A stretch of DNA of 64,000 bases from Marsupella aquatica (taxonomy: Eukaryota > Plantae > Marchantiophyta): positions 4,302,944-4,366,943 of the forward strand of contig OZ316894.1 in assembly GCA_973895155.1 (NCBI GenBank). Direction: 5' to 3'. Below are positions 1-11,961 of this stretch, piece after piece (positions within the stretch are counted from its first letter, which is position 1; every line of letters begins with the position of its first letter). A program made the position numbers and the translations under genes. The notes under the pieces were generated by a model. That model ran no database searches. It was not told the origin of the DNA and saw nothing but the letters and a program-made list of their open reading frames with translations.

Positions 1-2156
1 GTCCATGGTAGATGACATTCCCCCTTCCCAGGACAAGAACTCTATCAATAGTTTCCAGAATTCGGTAGCTGGGCTGATGGATGGTGAGAAGCACAGTCCT
101 CCTTCCCGATTGCGCCATTCTCCTCAGGTTCTGCATGACATTTAGAGCAGATGTGCTGTCCAGCCCAGACGTTGGCTCGTCCAGGAAAAGAACAGCGGGG
201 TCGTGAATGAGATCGGACCCAATGGACACCCGACGCCTCTCTCCACCTGAAACTCCTCTAACCTATATGACGTGCACATCCAACACGGAACGATCAGCTG
301 CCTAGTATTGATCCGATAAGATGGGAAGCGAAGTGATAATCATGACAGCACCCTCGTTTATTTGCTCTCCACAAACATCAAGATGGCATTGCACAACGAC
401 ACCCCCCCTTGAGGCTAAACCATAATGTCCAATTACGTGGCCACTCAAGTCATAATTATGAATCACGCCCCCTTCCATTCTATTTCCTCCATCAACGACA
501 ACATGACATTGCAAGCTAAAGGCACTGTCTGAACTGTGTTGTCCAATGAAGTCGTTGGCATCTTGCATCATGTCCTCCTCCTTTCTTCGTTCTCCAAGCA
601 CATCGAAATGAGTTCGCTTAGACAGTAAGATCTATCTAGTCCTCTTCCTTTCTTCATCCTCAAGCTGCAGAAACTTAACGTCTATGGAGGGTTGATATGG
701 AGATCGAGTGTTGATAGACTTGATCAAGTACTTCATTTTGAGGTATCTCCGCTGGACTTGACCTCCATTGACTTGACTGGAGTATCAGCTCAGTAACATG
801 CATTTCATCTTCCCTCATAATTCATTCGTTAAAGCAAAGAAAAAAAAAAAGCCAGACATGGAGGAGGAAGAGGCGAGATTCCCAGACTGAATGCGAAACA
901 AGATTGAAAACGACACAACTCTTAACCGCAATTTAGCATAAACTCAACGCAGAGGTTGACAAGAAGCCCAACCCAGCGCCCTCATGAAGCAGCACAGACT
1001 GCAGAAGAAATTCGACGAACCTTCTCATTTCCAACGCGAGTGTCAGCGCATTGCGCAAGGCCGAGCTGCTTGATCATATTGTCCACCCGAATCTTCTTCT
1101 CCGCGAGGGGCATAGAGCTGGCCAGCCTGAGACGCGCGCTGTACAGCAGGGTCTCTCGGACGGTGAGCATGGGGAAGAGGGCGTCATCCTGCATCACGTA
1201 ACCCGAGATACGCTTGAACGAACTGTCAATCATCTCACCATTCACCAAGACGTCTCCCTCCAAACTCTTGCTTGATACACGTCCCGCCAAGGCATCAAGA
1301 AACGTGGTCTTCCCTGATCCGGAAGGCCCGACGATGGCAAGGATCTGCCCGTGGTAGGCCTCGGCATTGACGCCGTTCAAAAGCAATTTCTGTGTGGTTC
1401 CCTCGTTAGTAGTCACAGACACCTGCAGCACCACTTCTTAATTTAGATAGTGCTCAAATTTCTCGACTCAGACGGCTTTTGTCACGAACGGGACGACTGC
1501 AAGACATCAGAGCAACATTTCTTGACTTCATTGGTTTCCATTGTGGGAGGGAACGACAACTAGACATCTGACCCCACTAGTCCCAATTCTGAGCTCCTGG
1601 AGCACCATTTTCTTGAATTAGATGGTTTTCATTGTGGAACAAAACGACTGCAACACATTGTCACCCCACCCAACCCAACAGTTAAAAAAATTCTTCCAGC
1701 CGGATGGTTGTCCTCACTACCCCCCGCATTAATCATCAGAACTTGAAATCTGAGAAAGGCTTGATCAACAGAGAGTACGCCCATTCAGTAGGATGAGGTC
1801 AGGGGATGGCATCAGCTGAGACGGGAGAAGGAGGGAAAGACCTTGTAAGTCAAATCCTTCACAACGATGTCGTAGAAGGGGAGCATCTCCACTTGTCCAC
1901 CGGCAGCCAGGACATCTAGGACAGACACGGAGTTCTGGCTGCCGAATTTCCCCAGACTGATACTAGACCTCCTGGCCTGAGAGGCGCTCCGGGAGGCGCT
2001 CTTGAGACTTCCCCATCTTTGGATCGCCTCTTCGATGTCCGGATCCGCCTTGACTGGGAACCCAGCACCTACTTGCCTGCCACTGCCATCAAAGTTACGA
2101 CTCCTACCATTCTGGCCCCTTGAGACACTCCTACCGAGGCCCGCTTCAGGATCCAT
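1..2156 (-). CDS. ABC transporter G family (half-size ABCG/WBC), N-terminal part; exons 2156-1842, 1422-1021, 262-<1 (continues beyond the window edge)
   Basis: Walker [11 protein letters not shown]-loop YVMQDD, signature [12 protein letters not shown], Walker [13 protein letters not shown] and H-loop TIHQP. GT..AG phase-0 introns at 1841-1423 and 1020-263 join the frames cleanly (315 and 402 bp exons). Confidence 0.95.
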
Positions 2157-2461
2157 CCTTCACCGCCACTACCACCACTTCGTCCAACACCCAATTCTCT
2201 TCCTCTTTCGTCCACCAACTTGAGAACCTGATTTTGCTGTTTCCTACACAAGCAAACAAACGCCTCTCCTAATGCTGCTGCTGAAGGGGCATGCTGCGCC
2301 AAATAGTTCCAAGCAAAGAAGGATAGGAGCACCAGGGAGAAGAAATCATCGACAGAATGGACCCACTTTGAACCCACGACCAGCAACTACCGCAATGGGC
2401 ACCACATGTACTTACGAATCTCAGTTAAGAATAGAGCTGGATCATCATCTCATCGGATACA

Positions 2462-2660
2462 AGGGTGGATAAATGAGTGTGACCTACAAGCCACAACTAG
2501 AGAGCTCGATCCTCATTTCATCAGAAATGAAGGTGGGTAAATGGGTGTGACCAGCAGGCCAGCAGCACCAGCCAGTCCGGAATGAGAGACACAAAGGTGG
2601 GTAAATGGGTGTGACCTAGTCAGCAGCACCACCAGCTAGCCAGGAATGAGAGAAAAGGTG
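2462..2660. repeat. Three imperfect copies of AAGGTGGGTAAATGGGTGTGACC upstream of the ABCG gene
   Basis: Copies at ~2462, ~2530 and ~2594; the last two are followed by similar CAGCAGCACCA...GGAATGAGA sequence. Confidence 0.7.
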
Positions 2661-3384
2661 CTTGGAGCCTTCGGTTTAACCAGTCATTCCCTCCGGAGAA
2701 TCTGTGGGAGTGTGGGAGCTACCAGATAGCTTACTCGATACAATCATGGCGTGAGGGACACACTATCGAGCTTGGGATGGGCAATGAGTCTCTGGCATGA
2801 GTTGTAGGTGGCGGTGGGCACAAGGGATCAAGCAGGCGGGCCATGAACGCAGGCTGTGGGGAGGCATCTTTTACAATCAATCTTGACTGCTGCTTGCTGC
2901 CTATCGGACCAAAATACCAAATCAGTGGAGCTCTAAACCGAACACTTCGAAAGACGAAAGAGTTTGAATCAGCAGCTGCTTCGTGTGTGAAACGAATGAT
3001 GACCACTGACTGCAACAGTGTGTCTACTGCTGCAGAACAATGATGGCTGGACTTATATTACTGCTGCTGTTGGATCCACCATTCCACCAAACATATCGCT
3101 CTCCTGCAATGCTGCCTCGATTTTAGGTGTCCAAAAGCTGGCCTCTCAATTTCGATGAGTGTCAAATGTGTGTGGCAAAGGCGTGCACCTAAGCGCTATC
3201 TTGCATGTAGCTCTGCCCCTAAAAAGGTAGGCCTTAGAGTTACTTCAGGACCAGAGGATGGTCTTGTGCTAATCAATGGTCAGGACTGCAAGGGTTGGAA
3301 TGTTTGCTGACGCTCGCCTTCAATTTTCAACCCTAAACCAGAGTCTGGCTATGTAATACTTAAAGGCAAAAAATGGGCTTGAAA

Positions 3385-3555
3385 GGTAGCCATACAGCCA
3401 CTAGTTACTAATGGCCATAACCACTAATTCTATGGCCATTATAGACCATAGTATAATTATGGCCACTAGTCACTAATTGTATTAACCTCACCATACATAC
3501 AGCCACTAGCCATACAGCCACTAGTAGGCAGCCAATTAAACAGCCACTAGCCACA
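3385..3555. repeat. Degenerate short tandem repeat (GCCATACAGCCACTAG-like)
   Basis: Several copies of agccactag/ggccactag/agccataca visible directly. Confidence 0.6.
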
Positions 3556-6500
3556 CAATTTTTCTCCTCTCTGGTTCCATATTGCTCCACAAATTTAGAA
3601 AAGGATACTATTTATGGTGAAACTTGGTATAACTAGGTTTTTGTCATGGTTAGTGGTGGTTTTAAACCGCCACTATCCACCATGAATGGGGAAGACAAAA
3701 TATAGCAATTTTTTTTCTGGTTTGAGCACACTTTTGTCTATGTAGTAACCTGGATCCACCAGGTTTTGCCTCGGAGACAGGGGCTCTTTAAAACCTATCA
3801 AGGCCAAGGTTGGCAAACATTCTGGCCCCTGCAATCCCAACCTCTGATAAACAAAGACAAGATGATCGCAAGATCCTGCACTGAAGGCTTTATCAAATCC
3901 CAACCTTTGAAGAACAGAGAACATGTCCTCATTAAGTAAATTAAAATTCAAACATAACTAAGGAAATTGGACATTCTTAGCAGGTCAGATAAATTTGCCA
4001 TATTTCTGTGTCAAAATTTACCAAAATGTATCTGAGCTGTTCTACATATCTATTTGCCTATCTTATCAAGGTGCAAGCACTGTCAAAAGAATTCTTACCT
4101 GCTCCATATATCTATCTGTCGATCTTATCCGAACAAGGACGATGCAAAGCTAGATTTGCAATACGTATGGAGTACCGCCTAAGGTAGTCGTGATTTCTTT
4201 TAGAATTTTTTCTTTTAAGTTTTCTAGCTAGTAGGAGTGTACGTCTATTGTAGTAGTAAAGTCAGATTCACCCAAATAATAATTTGTTTTTAAAAATTGC
4301 GCCCAAGACAGTATAGTGATGCACCAATAACATCAAATGGCCACATGGGAAAGTTATCATTTGTTTTGTTGCAACATAGCAGATTAGAACTTGCAAGTAG
4401 AATTTAGCAGACTAAGGCCCTCTATTCACCCAACCCTGCCAAATCTAAAATGAGGTACTCACATCAGTTAGTTTTTGGGTTGTGTTGCTATTTTCTGGGC
4501 CCTGGGCAGCAGTTTTAAAGGTCTTTTCTTACCAGCAGGGTGGTGAATGGGACCTTGTGTGAAGGAGAAGATACTAGGAAACTTCCTTGTCTAATTTTAC
4601 TAGTTTGATTTCTGACTGTCAAATCTCACTAGATTTAAGGATGATCATTAGAATCTGGCTAAAGGGGTCCCTGGCTAGGTGGGAAACTGGGTGTTGGACA
4701 ATAGAAATTCTAGCTAATCTTTGCCAAAAGTGGCAAATAATTTTTTAAGGGAGGTAATATATGCTATGCTTAACTGTACTAGCAGTGTGCAGAAGGCTCG
4801 GCGATTGAGTTGAACACTTAGTGACATTACTACTATGATTGCACGAGGCGGTGACACTGCTCTCCTATTGTCCCATTTTTGGGGTGTCTGACTTGTTGTT
4901 CTATGTGGTACAGCCTACTCCTCTTTTGGGCGGTGTCTTGTTTCAGGCCTCAGTCTTGCCTTGTTGGATGGTTGGCCCTTGTTACTGCCCTATCCTGGTG
5001 TGCGGGGTGGTTTCTTTTGGGTGGTTTTGCCCCCTTTGATTGTAATTTTTGTGTACTTTGGCCCCCTGGGTCTGTTGTTCTTTCTGCCCCGCTGGTCGTC
5101 ACTGTGGCTGCCTCTGGAATAAACGGGTACTCCGTCACCTTCTGCTTTAAAAAAATATTAACAATAAAAAAGATGGTAATCTAGCAAATTTTTGCCACTT
5201 AAGAAAAGACCAGCCCTAGGCCTTGACTATTTGATGTAAATTGGAAGCACACGACAGCACTGTACTCTTCCAGGGGACTATACTGTCTTGATTGGGTCTT
5301 CTCTCCGCTGAAATAAAAGAACAATGTGCAGTGCTTAGAAACTTCCGAAGAAACAGGAAACGGTCAACAAAGTATTTGGGGATGGGGGGGGGGAGTGAAC
5401 AAAACTCCCTGAGTGCTTAGAAACTTCTAAACAGACAGAAGGGTCAACAAAGTATTTTGGGGGGTGCGGGGGTACATGATCCCTTTAACTTTGACCGCTG
5501 CTTGTCAACTTGCATAGTAATTTGCTTCAGCCGAGACCTTATTTCCAGGTTTTGTTAGGTCAGGGTCTTCTTGAGAGAGTGGGGTCTATTATTGTACTGA
5601 AGAGGACTCAGTCATTCACTATTTGTGTTGCACGGGTGGATTGTTTGGATTTTGGGCATCCAGTCAATCCCTTTATGGGACCCTCCTATGCAATTGACCG
5701 CGGAGCTCTACTAGGAGGGAGGAGGCGTTCAGGCTTTCACTCTGGATGTTATTGCAGTAGACTTCCATTGTGAACTTTTGTGCTTTTGGCTCTCTCGTCT
5801 GACTAGGGGTTTTCCTTCTAGCCTCCCCTTTATTTGGGTCTCCTGCCTACTGGGATTGTGTCTCTCTAGGTTGGACACCTGTTATTTTGGCAGTGTGTTA
5901 AGTACATACATTCAACTGAAAGATTTTAATTTTAATTTGTTTTATGGCACCAAAGTTTTTCATCCGCAATAGTTTTCTATGGGAACTTACCTCACATCAA
6001 ACTTGCAACCAACAGGATTTCCCATAATGCTTTTTAAATGGAAGAAAACCACAGGCAAAATCAATTCAAGGTGAAACAAACAGCTAGAGTACAAAGAACC
6101 AACCAAGAGCAAGGAAGGGTTAAAGGCATAAGAAAAGAAGGGCGGGAAGTGGAAAGAGTACCCACTTTGGTGAGTTTTAACCCCTATGGACATGGCAATA
6201 GGCATCTCAAAGCTTCATCATGATTACAAGTGATGGCTTTTCACCATAAGAAATCATGGCCAAAAACATTCTTCTAGCATTGTGGAAAAAACAAATGAGT
6301 TTTCTTCACTAACCTCTACACTGACTTACATTCATGACATTTGATCATTCTCTATGGCAAAAATTAGGGAGTTATCATTCTTTTGTAATCCATAACTTTT
6401 CTATCCTTGACCTTAAACTAGTGGAAGAGGAAGGAGTGATTTATTTACAAAGAAAGGCCAAACTAGTACTCACGGCACCTCAATTTTTGAGGTGTAAGTC

Positions 6501-7599
6501 GACACATACTGTCCCCTTTTATTAAATCTCTTCACAACCTGGTGATTCCAGGCTACTAAAATTAATGGACCAAAAGTGGCTACTATTTCCCGTATTTCAA
6601 ATGACTCTGACAGCTTGAGAAGACACTCGAGACCAAAAAAAGAAAAAAAAAGGAACGAAATGCAGGCGTTGGTCTTCAGGTGACTTGTCCCCTTTTGTTA
6701 AATCTCTTCACAACCTGGTGGTCTTTAGGTGACTTGTGATAAGGGAACCTTTACTTTATTACTTCTAGAAACCCAACAACCACTAGTACATGTAACACTG
6801 CCATTAAACGACAGGAGACCACTCCACAAGAGACCACGTCCGCGTAAACCCCAAAAAGCCACTGCGAAGCAGCAACCCAAGAGCCGGCAACCAAGCCGGC
6901 GTTGAACTGTACGGCGTCTGGACAAACTGTGCAGCTCGTCGCCTTGTTGGCATCACACAAACTAATTATACCGATATGGCGGTAGGTAGATTCCAACGAA
7001 CTCTAGATTTGGAGGTTTCAGAAGCCCCCTCTAAATCTTGCTCGTGACGAGTTTCGCCGCACCGTATTTTTGATGGTTTTAATTAAGTGACTGGTACCTT
7101 GTGTCAACGAGGAGATGCTGGGAATATTTTTTATTCAGTTTCCTGGATTGAGTTTTAAGTCGTTAGCCTAAAGGAGAGTCATTAGATTTTGGCAACTGGA
7201 CGCTGGGCCTCGGTGGGAAATTGGCAAAAGAAATCAAGAAGACTCCCTCTAAATCTGGATTGTGATGAATTTCAAATTTTGAAGGTTTTAAGGGACTGTC
7301 ACCTTGTGTCAAGGGCGTGCTCAGAAGATTCTGCGTTGACATTTCATGGGTTGATTTCAGGTGTTAAATATCCCTGTATTTAAGGACAGTCATGAGAATT
7401 TTTGATTCATAGACCCTAGGGCTTGGTCGCAAACTTGTCAGAGAGACCCCAAAAACGAGTGAAAAAATGTCAAATGAGAATTTTAAAGTCTTAAAGACTT
7501 AAAGTGAATGTTACAGTGTGTCATGACGAGATGCTTGGAAGATTCATCAAAAGTGGCGAAGTCTTTTGAGAAGACTGGTTTTGGGGAAAAACTAACCAG

Positions 7600-9268
7600 C
7601 CTTTGTTAGGTGAGAACCAGCTAAATCTGGCCCCTGTTTTGGTGTCGGTTGGGCAGCTTCTCCCTCTAACAAACTGGAACAAACCGGAGCCCCTCGGGCA
7701 ACCAAGGAAAGACAAAAGAAAAGCAGCCAACCTGGATAACGTCATCCGGAGCGTTCGATACCCGTCCAATTTAGAAGCTTCCTCCCAGCGTTTCTTTTTA
7801 CTTCGTCAGATTCCGCCTCACTTTCCACGAAATGCCTGAGATGCTTTTTGACCTGTTTGCCAAGTTGCCACAGACCTCAGCCAGAATCCACGCTTATCCT
7901 CAAATAAGTTAATTCTCTCTAGTAAGTACACTCTCTGGGAAAACCAGATCTGGCAAGCACTAAACCAGGGTTGCATTCCTTGAGAAGCACACACCACCTG
8001 AAAAGTGCACTTATTGATAAGTGTTACTTATTGATAAGTGTACATGACTCAGATCCTTTTGGGGAATTATCTAGGATTCACAGGGAATTCCTTGATACCA
8101 TAAAGTGTTGGAGATACCACGTGAGTATAAATTTGGCAGATTGAGCACCACTTAGTGATAAGTGTTCATGACTCAGATGCCTTTGCATAATTATCTAGGA
8201 TTCACAGGGTATTCCTTGATACCATAATGTGTTGGAGATACCACGTAAGTATAAACTTGGCAGATTGAGCACCATAAAGTGAATAAACAACTATAGGGAC
8301 TCAAAAACTCCCTAAGCACATTGTGAATGCTATAATATTCCTGGATCACACAGAGAATCTGTGAAAACAAGGTTAATTATAAAATGACAACATTGTGTCC
8401 AATGCTTTGTAACAAGAAGTGTGCTACAGGTGCTACGTCCCAACTATACAACTTCTGGAGTATCAACCGCACTTTGGATTGAGGTCCCCCTTGACTGAGG
8501 AGCTTCCTGCCTGGTCTACTTCACCCTCCACTGCCTCAGGTTGCATTTCCCTCCCTAAGTGCACCCCTAACTTGAATAAGAATGGACATGCATTTATGAA
8601 TTTCATGGTTTTGTGCTTTTATCAATAAGTCCATATAGACACTTATCAAGGGTAAGTGTTTATAAAGATTTCAAGGAAGTGTTTATAAAGTTTTAGTTAA
8701 GCAAAACGATTCTAGCCCTGTGTGCATAGAAAATAAGCCTGAAAATTGCTTAACCCCTCTTAAAAAAGGGAAAAACAAGATGCCCTGCACTAATCAAGGA
8801 TAACGGTTATGGAGTGTGCTTAGACAGAACCTACCCTAAGGAGACCCAATGGTCAGAGTATAATCCAGGAAAAATGGATAAAGTGTATTCCTACCATAGA
8901 AAAACGATGAAAATGACGACTGCTGCCCAACCTCTACAAAAGGCCAAAAAAGGCTCCCGTCCGTGTTTTTTTCTCTCACGTGCAGTCGTGGCAGCGGCAG
9001 CAGCTGCCGCCAGTTTGGTAGTCGTTAGTAAAGCGCTGACACAGCGCTACTGTGGTATTTTGGCGTTCAGTAGGCTTGACTTCCCTCGCCGCCAAAGATT
9101 TAGTGGTAGTTGAAGCGCTGCTATTTAGCTAGGAGGACGGTTGTCCGTCTCGGGTGTGACTACGTTAGCACACCAAACTGCGTGCCCGGATTTAACTCGG
9201 CAGAATAAGCGTCGCAACCGACACCAAAACAGAGGCCAGATTTAGCGGTTCCTCACCAAACACTAAGG
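7600..9268. mobile_element. Non-autonomous TIR (MITE/MULE-like) element, ~1.7 kb
   Basis: 7600-7660 (…GCTAAATCTGGCCCCTGTTTTGGTGTCGGTTG…) is the imperfect reverse complement of ~9207-9268 (…CAACCGACACCAAAACAGAGGCCAGATTTAGC…). No internal coding capacity and no TSD identified. Confidence 0.6.
8032..8274. repeat. Tandem duplication of ~120 bp
   Basis: TGATAAGTGT..CATGACTCAGAT...TTGGCAGATTGAGCACCA at ~8032-8150 and ~8156-8274. Confidence 0.85.
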
Positions 9269-9427
9269 TCGTGGCCTCCGATAAAAGGGACGTCCACCAA
9301 TAGTCAGAGGGTCAAAAGCATGTCTACAGTGGAGGGCTCACAACCACCACTAAAATGGGGGAGCGAGTAGAGGCATTTCCAAACAAACGCCTGACCTCCT
9401 TCTTCATATTGAATCTTAAACCACTAT

Positions 9428-9585
9428 AAAAAGGGGCCACCCCCTAAAGCGTTCATTTGCCCACAAGTGAACATGGGACCTACCAGTGGAGACTCTCTTA
9501 TAAATTGGTGCAAAAGGGCCAGGCCCTATAGTGTTCATTTTCCCAATAGGTGAGCATGGGACCTACCAGTGGAGGCTCTCTTATA
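9428..9585. repeat. Tandem duplication of ~80 bp
   Basis: GTTCATTT...CATGGGACCTACCAGTGGAG(A/G)CTCTCTTATA occurs twice. Confidence 0.75.
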
Positions 9586-11204
9586 TAACGCCAAACCAGC
9601 GGTCCAAAGGCAAAGCAACCCAACAAAGCACTCAAAAATGAAAGAATAATTTCCACCAAAATTCATAGATGAGGGGAAAAAACTCGGAGAAGACCGAAGA
9701 GGCCAAACAAGCCAATGGGAGACTCTCCCATTGACATCTTAGGACACTAGCAACCTAAAAATGTATGATGTGATTTCTTTAAAAGTAGGATTATTTGTAG
9801 ATGCGGGTTTCGAGGAACATAGATCTGGGTGAGATCTATGTTTGGAGTAGTAAATTGCCCCTGTGGAGAACTAATAAGATGCCCCTATACCCTGTTCCTT
9901 GGTATACCAGATTGTTCTACATGTGAAATGAATACTACGGGTTACCTGGAGTACTTTATTCAGAACTTGTGGTTTAATGGGGGACTCAATGGGGTTTTCT
10001 TGAGAGTTCGCTAGAGGCTCTCAATTTGAAAAATAACAATTGTTGCACTGACCAGAAGTTGTTTGAACGGCATAGGTATAGGAAACGGACATGGGAAATG
10101 TGGGCTACTTTAGTTGTTCTTCTGGGTAGTAGGGGACTCTTGCTTGTGGGGCCTCCTTTGGTCTACTTGGGTCTCTCACTCTTTCGTTTGCGCCCCCCCC
10201 CCCCCCCCACCCTTTATTGGGTCTTTAGCCTTTGGGACCTTGTTTCCCTGCTTGGTGTTTTTGTTCTTTGGCAGTTTTGAAATGAAAATTTTGAATTTTT
10301 TAAGAATGGTCATTTCACATTGGTCGCCTTCAAAACCACAACCTGCAGAGTAACATAACACTCTACTGTTGATTACAGAAGCAGTCGACTCTCATAAGTC
10401 TGCAGATGGCAGTTCTGGGGTTACTACAGATCTCCAAAACCAAGCATGGCTTAAACCCTCAAGTCTCCCTGTTGCAACATGGCGACAAATACCAGTGAGA
10501 TGACAGATCACTATCTACTATGGGTTGAAGCAGGCAAATGAAATTCATACTTGCATACATTATCACTTTGACTGACGGAAGGGTTCATTTTTTATAGTTA
10601 CACAAAATGTGAGCACCTATAAAAGAAACTTTGAACTAAGGATTCCTGAACCTTATATAGATTCTAAGTAAACAATAAAATATCAACGTGATCCCTGTTA
10701 GTTTCAGTGGTCTATCCAAGCATGTTGTTAAGTGGTGTAGGTAAGTGAGCAAAGTGAAGCAGTTGTGATAGGACCTTTAAATATGTATTGAGGTTAGAGT
10801 AGCAAGAAATAATTGGGGCCCATTATTTACAGAACCCCCCGGAAGCTCCTTCCATAATTTTTGGTACGGTGTGCAACCACATCATCATATTTTGTCACAA
10901 ATAGGAACAATGATGTTGTCAACAAAGATCAAACACAAAGATTTGTGTTTCGTTCAAGGCAAGGAAAACAATTAGATCCAGTAATTGTAAAACTATCAAA
11001 AATTTGAAAAGTAAAATTTAAAACAACAAACAACAAGGTAAAACAAAACAACAGATTGTATGTCAGTCTTGTTCGTGCTATATCAGTATTTATATCATTA
11101 CATCTGTTTTTGTTTTTGCAAGGTTTTGAAAGTTAATGTCAACCAATAGAAATAAAAATGGCTAGAACCCTGGAGCTCCATATTACCGTAAAACAAAAGA
11201 ATCT

Positions 11205-11802
11205 ATCTCCTTAGTACTTCATTATATTCTAATTTCAAGGTGTCCTTAGTACTTGGCAAATTTTGTCAATGTGAGGGTCCTTGGAAAGCTAAAACTTTCA
11301 GAAACTCATAATCTCTTTAGTAATTGACAAAATATTCCAATGTCACTTTCATTGGAATGTTAGAACAATTTGAAAACTCATGATCTCCTTAGTACTTTAT
11401 AAAATGTGACATGAGATTTGTCAATATCATGCCCATTGGAAAGCTAGAGAAATTCAGAAACTCATAATCTTCTTTGTACTTGACAAAACTTGTCAGTGTT
11501 AAGTTCATTGGAAAATTAGAGAAATTTGCAAACTCATAATCTCCATCCTTCTAGACAAAAATTTGCCAGGGCTAGGGTCACTGGAAAATCAGAGAAATTT
11601 GTAAACTCATAATCTCCATTGTACTTGACAAAAATTTGCTAATGTTAAAGTTCAAGGAAAGTTCAAGGAATCCAGATCTCATGATCATATAGTACCTGAT
11701 TGAAATCTCTCAATATCACACACATTGGAAAGCCAGAGAACTTTAGAAAGTCATAATTGACAAAATCTTACATGAAACATGCCAATGTGAGGCTCATTGG
11801 AA
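11205..11802. repeat. Degenerate minisatellite, ~60-bp unit, ~9-10 copies
   Basis: Recurring AAACTCATAATCTC…GTACTTGACAAAA…CATTGGAAAGCTAGAGAAATT. Confidence 0.8.
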
Positions 11803-11846
11803 TGGGCTTCATTTTTCAGGTTGCTCTATGATTGTACATGCTCTGT

Positions 11847-11961
11847 TCACACGATCATAGATTGTCACCTAGGACTCACACAATAATGCACATAACTTTG
11901 ATCACACGATCATAGATTGTCACCTAGGACTCACACAATAATGCACATAACTTTGATCACA
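11847..11961. repeat. Perfect tandem duplication, 55-bp unit
   Basis: TCACACGATCATAGATTGTCACCTAGGACTCACACAATAATGCACATAACTTTGA at 11847 and 11902. Confidence 0.9.

Noticed and set aside
302-601. 99-aa ORF
   Set aside because: Lies inside intron 2 of the ABCG gene and has no recognisable motif.
5960-6540. Possible Ty3/gypsy integrase relic (IAMS…HFPPF resembles IAMGYR…HFSPY)
   Set aside because: The similarity is too weak and fragmented to support.
11205-11802. Regularly spaced ~60-bp repeats as a CRISPR-like array
   Set aside because: The whole unit is degenerate-repeated with no unique spacers, there are no cas genes, and the context is eukaryotic. It is a minisatellite.
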